DNA of 64,000 bases from a virus. Of the stretch, positions 1-7,463 are shown in pieces; positions within the stretch are counted from its first letter, which is position 1, and the number at the start of each line of letters is the position of its first letter. The stretch lies in the IMG/VR virus record IMGVR_UViG_3300035663_000011, positions 3,364-67,363 of that record. One strand, given 5' to 3'. The translations under genes were made by a program, and so were the position numbers. The notes beneath the pieces were generated by a model. It was not told where the DNA came from. It searched no databases and saw only the letters and a program-made list of their open reading frames with translations.

Positions 1-274
1 GCGGGAGGCTGGGTTCATCACAGCAGATGCAGATACTTGCTCCGAATCTCTTGCCGATTTCGCCGCCCTTGTTGCCGCAGCCGTCCTTGCGGAGCCGGAG
101 CCGAAGCCTGTGGCGTGGATGGAAGCCCCTCACGGAGCGATACGCGCAAACCCGCTGTACCGCATGATATTTCCATCCGAATTACTGGCGTGGAGCATTC
201 CGCTTTACACCCACCCACCCAAAGCGCGTGACTGGGCGGCCGACGCCATCCGTGAAAGAGGAGAAATTGAATGA
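1..274 (+). CDS. Partial small phage protein (5' truncated), paralogue of 519..749
   Basis: Frame 2 reads REAGF...DFAALVA...EPKPVAW...IPLYTHP...AIRERGEIE*; shares 17 nt (gcgggaggctgggttca) with 548-564. Confidence 0.6.
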   Translation, partial: REAGFITADADTCSESLADFAALVAAAVLAEPEPKPVAWMEAPHGAIRANPLYRMIFPSELLAWSIPLYTHPPKARDWAADAIRERGEIE

Positions 275-522
275 CCCATGTTGTTCACGTACGAAACGAG
301 CGTAGGCAGGAACTGCTTAAACACATGAACGCAGTGATCGAAGCCGAACGCGCAGAACGTGCGCGAGATGCTTGGTTCCACGGAGTGCTGTGGGCGATCC
401 TGCGACTGCCCGACGACATAGCCCGCACCCTTGTGGACGATCTGATCAAGAAACAGCCTGACCGAAAGGCACAACTTGGGAGATTGCTGTCTTGGACGGA
501 GTGGAATGGAGAAAGCAAATGA
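271..522 (+). CDS. Hypothetical protein
   Basis: 83-aa ORF, GAGGAG RBS, ATGA overlaps with neighbours. Confidence 0.6.
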   Translation: MTHVVHVRNERRQELLKHMNAVIEAERAERARDAWFHGVLWAILRLPDDIARTLVDDLIKKQPDRKAQLGRLLSWTEWNGESK

Positions 523-749
523 CCAAAGAAGACATCATCCGACTGGCGCGGGAGGCTGGGTTCAGCGACCACAGCAGCCCGGAGATGTGGGGAGTAATGG
601 TTGCATCCCACGAGGAGATTGAACGCTTCGCCGCCCTCGTTGCAAAGGTCGAGCGAGATGCGGTTTGCCAAATTTTCTTGGAATGGTGCATCTGCGACGC
701 CAACGGAGAGGAAATTGTCAGCGCCATCCGTGCGAGGGGGAACAAATGA
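519..749 (+). CDS. Small phage protein (MTKEDIIRLAREAG family)
   Basis: ATG at 519 after GGAG; typical proteobacterial phage small-protein pattern ...AREAG...ERFAALV...AIRARG. Confidence 0.65.
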   Translation: MTKEDIIRLAREAGFSDHSSPEMWGVMVASHEEIERFAALVAKVERDAVCQIFLEWCICDANGEEIVSAIRARGNK

Positions 750-991
750 CTAAACAATCAGAATATCTTTACGACCGGCTGCGTCAGACGCAGCGGGAGC
801 ATGAAGCTGTACTGAAGAAAATTCATGAAGACTGGATGCGCGAAGAGAACTGGAAGTGGGAACAGAAGCTTCGGGAGATGCACTCCGACCGTGGCAATGT
901 CTTGGTCGCGAAAATCATCTTGGCTATGCTGTGTTTCAGTGGTGGATTCTGTGCAGGAGTATGGTATGTCATATGGTACGTCAGGAATTGA
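746..991 (+). CDS. Hypothetical protein with C-terminal transmembrane helix
   Basis: ATGA overlap; hydrophobic C-terminus IILAMLCFSGGFCAGVWYVIW. Confidence 0.55.
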   Translation: MTKQSEYLYDRLRQTQREHEAVLKKIHEDWMREENWKWEQKLREMHSDRGNVLVAKIILAMLCFSGGFCAGVWYVIWYVRN

Positions 992-1190
992 CAACGAATC
1001 CCCGCCGGGGTCATGGCAACGAGAGATCGAGTTGCAGCCGTGGAAGTACCCGCAACAGATGAAGGTGGAGTGGGCGCTGTACGAGATTCGTTTGCGCGGA
1101 CTGCGCACCGAAGCCGAGATTCTTGGGCAAGAGATCACGTTCTTGAAGGCTGAACTCAAAAGACTACGCGAGAAGTCTGATGGAAATTGA
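966..1190 (+). CDS. Hypothetical protein (start uncertain)
   Basis: Fills the gap in a tightly packed operon; coiled-coil-like C-terminus. Confidence 0.45.
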   Translation: MSYGTSGIDNESPPGSWQREIELQPWKYPQQMKVEWALYEIRLRGLRTEAEILGQEITFLKAELKRLREKSDGN

Positions 1191-1365
1191 AGACGACATT
1201 CTGGACTTGATCCGTGCGCTACCCAACGAGATCAACGACACATCGACAACGACGGAATTCAAGTTTCTTACCGTGGGCAGTGTGCTTTGGCAGTGCCATG
1301 ACGAGATCAAGTACCTGCGTAAAAAAGTGGAGCGACTGGAACGTGAACATCGTAAAAAGGGTTAG
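1180..1365 (+). CDS. Hypothetical protein
   Basis: 61-aa ORF in operon context. Confidence 0.55.
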   Translation: MEIEDDILDLIRALPNEINDTSTTTEFKFLTVGSVLWQCHDEIKYLRKKVERLEREHRKKG

Positions 1366-1525
1366 GCGGTGCCGGGAGTGCAAGCGGGTGTTCCTGAACC
1401 CTGAGTCATTCCGTACGCACAAGCACAAGTTTGGAATGTGCCGCACCGACGAAGCCTTGGAAGTGGTAGGCTTCGTTCGCAAACCGAACGGCTGGATTCT
1501 CGACAAGACACAGAGGACGGTATGA
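1343..1525 (+). CDS. Small zinc-finger protein
   Basis: GTG start; CRECKRVF...FRTHKH...C motif; overlaps the polymerase start (ATGA). Confidence 0.55.
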   Translation: MNIVKRVRRCRECKRVFLNPESFRTHKHKFGMCRTDEALEVVGFVRKPNGWILDKTQRTV

Positions 1526-3348
1526 ATATATTGACAGTCGATTTTGAAACTTACTACGACAAGGAGTTTTCCTTGTCCAAGATGACAACAGAAGAGTACA
1601 TCCGCGATGAGCGGTTTGAGGTAATAGGGGTTGCGGTGTCTCTGAATGGTTCCAATCCGGAATGGTTTAGTGGTACGCACGAACAAGTTGCTGATTGGTT
1701 ATCCAAGTTCGACTGGAAAAATAGCTTTGTGCTTGCGCACAACACGCAGTTCGATGGGGCTATCCTGTCTTGGGTATTCGGTATCCGTCCAAAGGGGTGG
1801 CTCGACACGCTCTGCATGGCGCGGGCCGTACACGGGGTGGAAGCGGGCGGCAGTCTGAAATCCCTCGCAGAGCGGCACCAATTAGGAGAGAAGGGAGATG
1901 AAGTCATCAATGCGCTGGGTAAACGCCGGGTGGATTTTTCTTCTGAAGATATACGTAGGTACGCTAGTTATTGTGCTAATGACGTTAGTCTTACTTATAA
2001 TCTTTTTAGTAGACTTTGCGAAGGATTTCCTCCACGAGAACTCCGAGTCATCGACCTGACGCTACGGATGTTCATCGAGCCGACACTTGAACTTGACCTG
2101 CCGCTACTTGAAGCGCATCTGGAGTCTGTGAAGGAGAAGAAGGCTGCGCTTCTGGCAGCGGCTGAGGCCGACCGTGAGTCGTTGATGAGTAACGACAAGT
2201 TTGCAGAACTGCTGATACGGTTTGGCGTAGACCCACCGAAGAAGATCAGCGCCCGTACGGGAAAAGAGGCTTGGGCGTTTGCCAAGACGGACGAAGCGTT
2301 CAAGGAACTCTTGAACCACCCTGATCCACGGGTACAGACATTGGTAGGAGCGCGGCTTGGTACCAAGACTACCTTGGAAGAGACCAGAACTCAGCGGTTT
2401 ATCGACATAGCCCTGCGGGGAAAACTGCCGGTGCCGATCAAGTACTACGCGGCACACACCGGACGCTGGGGTGGCGATGACAAGATCAACCTCCAGAACC
2501 TTCCATCGCGAGGGCAGAACGCTGGCAAGTTGAAGAAGGCTATCCATGCTCCGAAGGGATACGTGGTTATCGACTGTGATTCCTCGCAGATCGAAGCCCG
2601 TACCGTCGCGTGGCTGGCTGGGCAGCAGGACTTGTTGACTGCGTTTGAGAATGGGGAAGATGTGTACAAGATTATGGCTTCAGCCATCTACAACAAGCCG
2701 GTAGAGGAAGTCACGAAGGATGAACGGTTCGTAGGGAAGACGACAATTCTGGGAGCCGGATATGGTATGGGTGCTGTCAAGTTCCAGATGCAGTTGAAGA
2801 CGTTTGGAGTGGACACGGACCTCGACGAGTGCAAACGCATTATTGACGTGTACCGTAGCACCTACCCGACTATTCCCGCGCTGTGGAGGCAGGGGCAACG
2901 CTGCATCGAGGCTATTCTGACCGGGAAAGGAAGCAACTTTGGGGTAGTCGATGCAGTGCAGTTTGATCCGAGAGAATCCGGATTCCTACTACCTAGCGGG
3001 CTTTGGCAGCGATACGAAGGCTTGCATAAAGTTACGGATAGCGATGGCAAGGATCAGTACGCGTACCGTACACGCAAAGGTGCGACCAAAATTTATGGGG
3101 GGAAGGTAGTTGAAAATCTCTGTCAAGGCGTAGCAAGATGTGTGATCGCGGAGCAAATGGTCAGGATCGCAAAAAAGTACCGAGTTGTTCTGACCGTACA
3201 TGACGCTGTTGCTTGTATTGCGCCAGAAGCCGAGGCTGATGCTGCACAGGAGTACGTCGAAGAATGTATGCGATGGCGACCAACGTGGGCCGCGACACTT
3301 CCGCTCAACTGTGAGTCGGGGGTTGGTAAAAGTTATGGAGATTGCTAA
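1522..3348 (+). CDS. polA: Family A DNA polymerase with N-terminal 3'-5' exonuclease
   Basis: Exo I DFETY; Exo II HNTQFD; TGRW; NLQNLP; motif A DSSQIEAR; motif B RxxxKTTILGAGYG; motif C VHD. Start ATG 1522 after GAGG. Confidence 0.95.
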   Translation: MNILTVDFETYYDKEFSLSKMTTEEYIRDERFEVIGVAVSLNGSNPEWFSGTHEQVADWLSKFDWKNSFVLAHNTQFDGAILSWVFGIRPKGWLDTLCMARAVHGVEAGGSLKSLAERHQLGEKGDEVINALGKRRVDFSSEDIRRYASYCANDVSLTYNLFSRLCEGFPPRELRVIDLTLRMFIEPTLELDLPLLEAHLESVKEKKAALLAAAEADRESLMSNDKFAELLIRFGVDPPKKISARTGKEAWAFAKTDEAFKELLNHPDPRVQTLVGARLGTKTTLEETRTQRFIDIALRGKLPVPIKYYAAHTGRWGGDDKINLQNLPSRGQNAGKLKKAIHAPKGYVVIDCDSSQIEARTVAWLAGQQDLLTAFENGEDVYKIMASAIYNKPVEEVTKDERFVGKTTILGAGYGMGAVKFQMQLKTFGVDTDLDECKRIIDVYRSTYPTIPALWRQGQRCIEAILTGKGSNFGVVDAVQFDPRESGFLLPSGLWQRYEGLHKVTDSDGKDQYAYRTRKGATKIYGGKVVENLCQGVARCVIAEQMVRIAKKYRVVLTVHDAVACIAPEAEADAAQEYVEECMRWRPTWAATLPLNCESGVGKSYGDC

Positions 3349-4013
3349 TGCCCATTGAATACAGTTGGTCATATTCGTCGTTGGACTTGTTCATGCAATG
3401 TCCGCACAAGTACTACCGCCTCAAGATCAAGAAGGATATCAAGGAGCCTCCAAGCCCGCAGTTGACGTACGGGTTGGAAGTACACAAAGCCGCTGAGGAC
3501 TACATCAAGGAAGGAAAGCCCATACCGGAAAAGTTCCAGTTCCTTGAACCGATACTGCAAAAACTGAACGCCTACGAAGGGGAGAAGTTGTGCGAACACC
3601 GTATGGGGTTGACCCGCAGCCTTGAACCGTGTGGGTTTTTCGGTAAGGGAGTCTGGTGGCGCGGCGTTGCGGATTTGATTATCCTGAACGGTGATTCGGC
3701 AAAGATCGTTGACTACAAGACTGGCGGCTCCTCCAAATATGCTGACACGAAGCAATTGGAAATTTTGTCGCTAGCAGTATTCAAGCACTTCCCGCAAGTC
3801 AAACGCGTGAAGGGTGGGCTGCTGTTCGTAGTAGCCAACGATCTAGTGAAGAACAACTACGAGGCAGAAAAGAGCGACGTTTACTGGCAGCGGTGGTTAA
3901 CGGATACGGTCCAACTTGAGAAAGCGTTTGAGGCCAACGTCTGGAACCCCCGTCCTAACTTTACATGCAAAAAATGGTGCCCAGTCACCGATTGCACACA
4001 CAATGGGAGATGA
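3348..4013 (+). CDS. PD-(D/E)xK RecB/Cas4-like exonuclease
   Basis: SYSSL..F.QCP, D...DYKTG, QL motif, C-terminal CxxxC..C cluster. Confidence 0.85.
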   Translation: MPIEYSWSYSSLDLFMQCPHKYYRLKIKKDIKEPPSPQLTYGLEVHKAAEDYIKEGKPIPEKFQFLEPILQKLNAYEGEKLCEHRMGLTRSLEPCGFFGKGVWWRGVADLIILNGDSAKIVDYKTGGSSKYADTKQLEILSLAVFKHFPQVKRVKGGLLFVVANDLVKNNYEAEKSDVYWQRWLTDTVQLEKAFEANVWNPRPNFTCKKWCPVTDCTHNGR

Positions 4014-4015
4014 AC

Positions 4016-4267
4016 ATGACTCGTGACTACAAGCGTGAATATGCGAACTATCAAGGCAAACCCGAACAGATTAGGAACCGTGCCAAACGCAACGCAGCGC
4101 GGGCCGAAATGGTGAAGGAAGGTCGGGTACGTAAAGGTGACGGTAAAGATGTTGACCACAAGCGACCACTCAGCAAAGGCGGCTCGACCGGCAAGGGCAA
4201 CCTACGAGTGACTAGCGTTCACACCAACCGCGCATACAAGCGCCAGAAGGATAGGAAGCCTGTCTGA
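4016..4267 (+). CDS. HNH endonuclease
   Basis: DVDHKRPLSKGG...NLRV....N motif. Confidence 0.8.
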   Translation: MTRDYKREYANYQGKPEQIRNRAKRNAARAEMVKEGRVRKGDGKDVDHKRPLSKGGSTGKGNLRVTSVHTNRAYKRQKDRKPV

Positions 4268-4268
4268 C

Positions 4269-5819
4269 ATGCAGATCATCGACAATAAAGCCCTGCTAGT
4301 TAGAGTGCGCGAACCACAGCGGATCACGGCAGCAATCCGTACCGCCAAGCAGTTGAACGCAACCGATGTGCTGGTCAAATGGGGCGTGGAAGAAGCGCAG
4401 ATTCTGAAGAACCTGCGGCTCAAAGATGTTCCATCCCCGATCATGCGGGACTACAACTGGCCCGGATTACAGAAGCCGTTCAAGCATCAATACACTACCG
4501 CGTCGTTCCTGACCCTGCACCGTAGAGCGTTTTGTTTTAACGAGCAAGGCACGGGCAAGACCGCATCTGCTATTTGGGCAGCGGACTACCTGATGAAGCA
4601 AAAACTGCTCCGTCGCGTTCTGGTGCTTTGCCCTCTGTCGATCATGCAGTCGGCATGGGAGAACGACCTGTTCAAGTTTGCTACCCATCGAACATGTGCT
4701 ATAGCGCACAGTTACTCCAAGGAGAAACGCATCAAAGCCGTGGAAGGCGATGCCGAATTTGTGATCTGCAACTACGACGGCTTGGACATTGTGAAAGAAG
4801 CGATTATCAAGGGCGGGTTCGACCTTGTAATCATTGATGAGGCGAATGCTTATAAGAACGTGTCCACGAAGCGATGGAAGACTCTGAACTCGATACTAAC
4901 CCCTGCTACATGGGTATGGATGATGACCGGCACCCCCGCAGCGCAGTCGCCTACTGATGCCTATGGGCTGGCAAAACTCATAAACCCCAACAAGGTACCA
5001 AAATTTTTTGGGGCGTTTCGGGATCGAGTCTTGATCAAGATCAGCCAGTTCAGGTTTGTCCCGCGTCCGCAGTCCCAGCAAATCGTCCACGAGGCGCTAC
5101 AACCTGCCATACGGTTTACCAAGGACGAATGTCTGGACTTGCCGGAGATGACTTATGTCATGCGTGACATACCGCTGACCAAGCAGCAGAAAACATACTA
5201 CGAAGAAATTCGCAAACAGATGTTGACGGTTGCCGCTGGCGAGGAGATCACTGCGGTGAACGCAGCCGCGAGTCTGAACAAACTACTTCAGTTGTCGTGT
5301 GGTGCGGTCTATTCGGATAGTGGAGAAGTAGTGTCATTTGACGCTAGGAACCGGCTCGATGCGCTACTGGAAGTGATCCAAGAAGCCAGCCAGAAAGTGA
5401 TCGTGTTTGCGCCTTTCCGACACGCCATAGAAATAGTTACCGAGGAGTTACGTAATAACAATATACCGTGTGAAATAATCAACGGTGCTGTTCCTGCAAC
5501 CAAACGCTCTGAAATCTTCAAGAAGTTTCAGGAGAGCGACACCCCCAAGGTGCTGGTCATCCAGCCCCAAGCCGCTGCGCACGGTGTCACGCTCCATGCC
5601 GCCAACGTTGTTGTTTGGTGGGGACCGATAACTTCAATTGAGACGTATTTGCAAGCGAACGCCCGTGTCCACCGTGCAGGACAACACCATCCTTGTACCG
5701 TCGTACACCTGCAAGGGTCTCCAGTGGAGAAGCGGATATATAAAATGCTGTCTCAGAAGTTGGACGTACATACCAAGTTGATCGAGTTGTACCGAAATTT
5801 CATCGAGGAGGTGGCTTGA
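4269..5819 (+). CDS. SNF2/SF2 DExx-box helicase
   Basis: GTGKT Walker A, IIDEA, TGTP, C-terminal HGVTL...QANARVHRAGQ. Confidence 0.92.
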   Translation: MQIIDNKALLVRVREPQRITAAIRTAKQLNATDVLVKWGVEEAQILKNLRLKDVPSPIMRDYNWPGLQKPFKHQYTTASFLTLHRRAFCFNEQGTGKTASAIWAADYLMKQKLLRRVLVLCPLSIMQSAWENDLFKFATHRTCAIAHSYSKEKRIKAVEGDAEFVICNYDGLDIVKEAIIKGGFDLVIIDEANAYKNVSTKRWKTLNSILTPATWVWMMTGTPAAQSPTDAYGLAKLINPNKVPKFFGAFRDRVLIKISQFRFVPRPQSQQIVHEALQPAIRFTKDECLDLPEMTYVMRDIPLTKQQKTYYEEIRKQMLTVAAGEEITAVNAAASLNKLLQLSCGAVYSDSGEVVSFDARNRLDALLEVIQEASQKVIVFAPFRHAIEIVTEELRNNNIPCEIINGAVPATKRSEIFKKFQESDTPKVLVIQPQAAAHGVTLHAANVVVWWGPITSIETYLQANARVHRAGQHHPCTVVHLQGSPVEKRIYKMLSQKLDVHTKLIELYRNFIEEVA

Positions 5820-5844
5820 CATAGTGAGAACGACTTCATAAATT
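5816..5844 (+). promoter_or_regulatory. Sigma70-type promoter
   Basis: TTGACA(5816-21)-N17-TAAATT(5839-44) upstream of AGGAG/ATG 5868. Confidence 0.7.
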
Positions 5845-5867
5845 AGGAAACCCACAAGGAGAACATC

Positions 5868-6248
5868 ATGAGTGCAGTAAACGCAGAAAAGCTTGCGGAG
5901 ATTTACGTCAAGATACGAGACGCCCGCAAGAAGTTGGCTGAAAAAGACGATCAGTTGAAAGAGCAACTGAATACCGTAGCAGAAGAACTTTTGAACATCT
6001 GCAAAGAGCAAGGTGCTATGACAATCCGTACCCCCCACGGTACGGTGTCGCGTCGGATAGACAAGCACTATTGGACTAGCGATTGGGATTCGTTCTTCAC
6101 TTTCGTCAAAGAAAACGATGCTTTTGCATTGCTCCAACGTCGGATAAACAACTCCAACATGGAGCAGTTCCTTGAAGAGAACCAAAACCTTCACCCGCCG
6201 GGGTTACAGGCAGACACGAAACAGACTATTGTGATTACCAAGCGTTGA
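5868..6248 (+). CDS. Conserved replication-module phage protein
   Basis: 126-aa ORF, AGGAG RBS, N-terminal coiled coil, position typical of such phages. Confidence 0.75.
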   Translation: MSAVNAEKLAEIYVKIRDARKKLAEKDDQLKEQLNTVAEELLNICKEQGAMTIRTPHGTVSRRIDKHYWTSDWDSFFTFVKENDAFALLQRRINNSNMEQFLEENQNLHPPGLQADTKQTIVITKR

Positions 6249-6257
6249 GGAACGTAT

Positions 6258-7148
6258 ATGAGCAATGAACTTGCTATGCTGAATACCACTCTGCCGGATT
6301 ACCTGCGGAGCGCCACAATTGACGACACGACCAAGGCCCTCATGGGAGGAAGTGGAGCCACTTCCCGCCGTATCTCCATCAAAGGGGGTGTGTGGCGTCT
6401 CATGATCAACGGCAAGGAAGTCGCACAGAACGAAGACCGCCACATGAACGTGGTCATCGTTGCGGCATCCCCGAAGGTCTCCCGCACCTACTACGCAAAC
6501 CAGTATCAGGAAGGTGCAGAAGTAACCGCACCTGACTGCTGGTCGGCGGATGGTGAAGTTCCGGACGCAAAGGCAGCGTCCCCGCAGTCGAAGCGGTGTG
6601 TCGATTGCCCGATGAACGTTCAAGGTTCGGGGCAGGGTAACAGCCGTGCGTGTCGTTACAGCCAACGTCTCGCTGTCGCATTGGCTAATGACATCGAAGG
6701 TGACGTGTACCAGTTGACCCTTCCGGCTACGTCGATCTTCGGTGAAGGTGCGGCGGGTAAGTGGCCCTTGCAAGCGTATGCCAAAATGCTTGGCAGCAAG
6801 GGGATTCCGGTCACGGCTGTGGTGACAGAAATGCGGTTTGATACCGCTAGTGCCACGCCGAAGATCAACTTCAAGCCGGTGAGTTTCTTGGATGCCACGC
6901 AGCATCAGGCCGCTATCAATCAAGGCAACACTGATTCGGCTAAACGCGCCATCACGATGACGGTTGCGGAGGCTGACGGGGTCAAGGTCAAGGCACCTAC
7001 TGCTGCGCAGCCCCCTGCGGAAGCCCCTCCAGCCCGCGCTGAAGAGGAAGCAGTACCTGAACCTGTGAAGCGATCATCCAAGAAGGTTGAGGAAACCGCA
7101 GCGGCCAAGCCTGATCTCTCGAAAATCCTCTCGGAATGGGATGACTGA
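6258..7148 (+). CDS. Putative single-stranded DNA-binding/annealing protein
   Basis: Cys motif (PDCWS...CVDCP...AC), low-complexity linker, acidic/aromatic C-terminal tail EWDD. Confidence 0.55.
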   Translation: MSNELAMLNTTLPDYLRSATIDDTTKALMGGSGATSRRISIKGGVWRLMINGKEVAQNEDRHMNVVIVAASPKVSRTYYANQYQEGAEVTAPDCWSADGEVPDAKAASPQSKRCVDCPMNVQGSGQGNSRACRYSQRLAVALANDIEGDVYQLTLPATSIFGEGAAGKWPLQAYAKMLGSKGIPVTAVVTEMRFDTASATPKINFKPVSFLDATQHQAAINQGNTDSAKRAITMTVAEADGVKVKAPTAAQPPAEAPPARAEEEAVPEPVKRSSKKVEETAAAKPDLSKILSEWDD

Positions 7149-7381
7149 TGGCTGGGCACGGGTATTCAACGCTTATGATACAGGCAATAAACGATGCCAA
7201 TCCTTTCTTGACGGGGGTCAAACTCGCCAAGATTTGCGTACGCCTCAGCATTCCTGTGAAAGACGTTGCTGAATATCTGGATGTCAGTCGCCCTACTGTA
7301 TACGGGTGGTTCGTCGGCAAGAAAGAAGTGTCCGAACCGTACCGTGAAAGGGTTGAGAAGCTAATCGAAAAATTAGCTTAA
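7148..7381 (+). CDS. Cro/XRE-like HTH DNA-binding protein
   Basis: VKDVAEYLDVSRPTVYGWF helix-turn-helix. Confidence 0.75.
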   Translation: MAGHGYSTLMIQAINDANPFLTGVKLAKICVRLSIPVKDVAEYLDVSRPTVYGWFVGKKEVSEPYRERVEKLIEKLA

Positions 7382-7385
7382 CGGT

Positions 7386-7462
7386 TAAATGGGCTAGGGT
7401 AGCTCCCGAAAAAGATGTGCCGTCCATCTCTGCCCATTTATTTTTGACGGTTTGAGGACGGC
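7386..7462 (+). ncRNA. Candidate C4-like structured regulatory RNA upstream of primase
   Basis: Three-stem fold taaatgggc/gcccattta, ggg/ccc, agatg/catct; GCCGUCC (7419-25) complementary to GGACGGC (7456-62) at the primase RBS. Confidence 0.6.
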
Positions 7463-7463
7463 T

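Noticed and set aside
3348-4013. Cas4-like nuclease as evidence of CRISPR-Cas
   Set aside because: A solo RecB/Cas4-like exonuclease in a replication module is common in phages; no array or other cas genes
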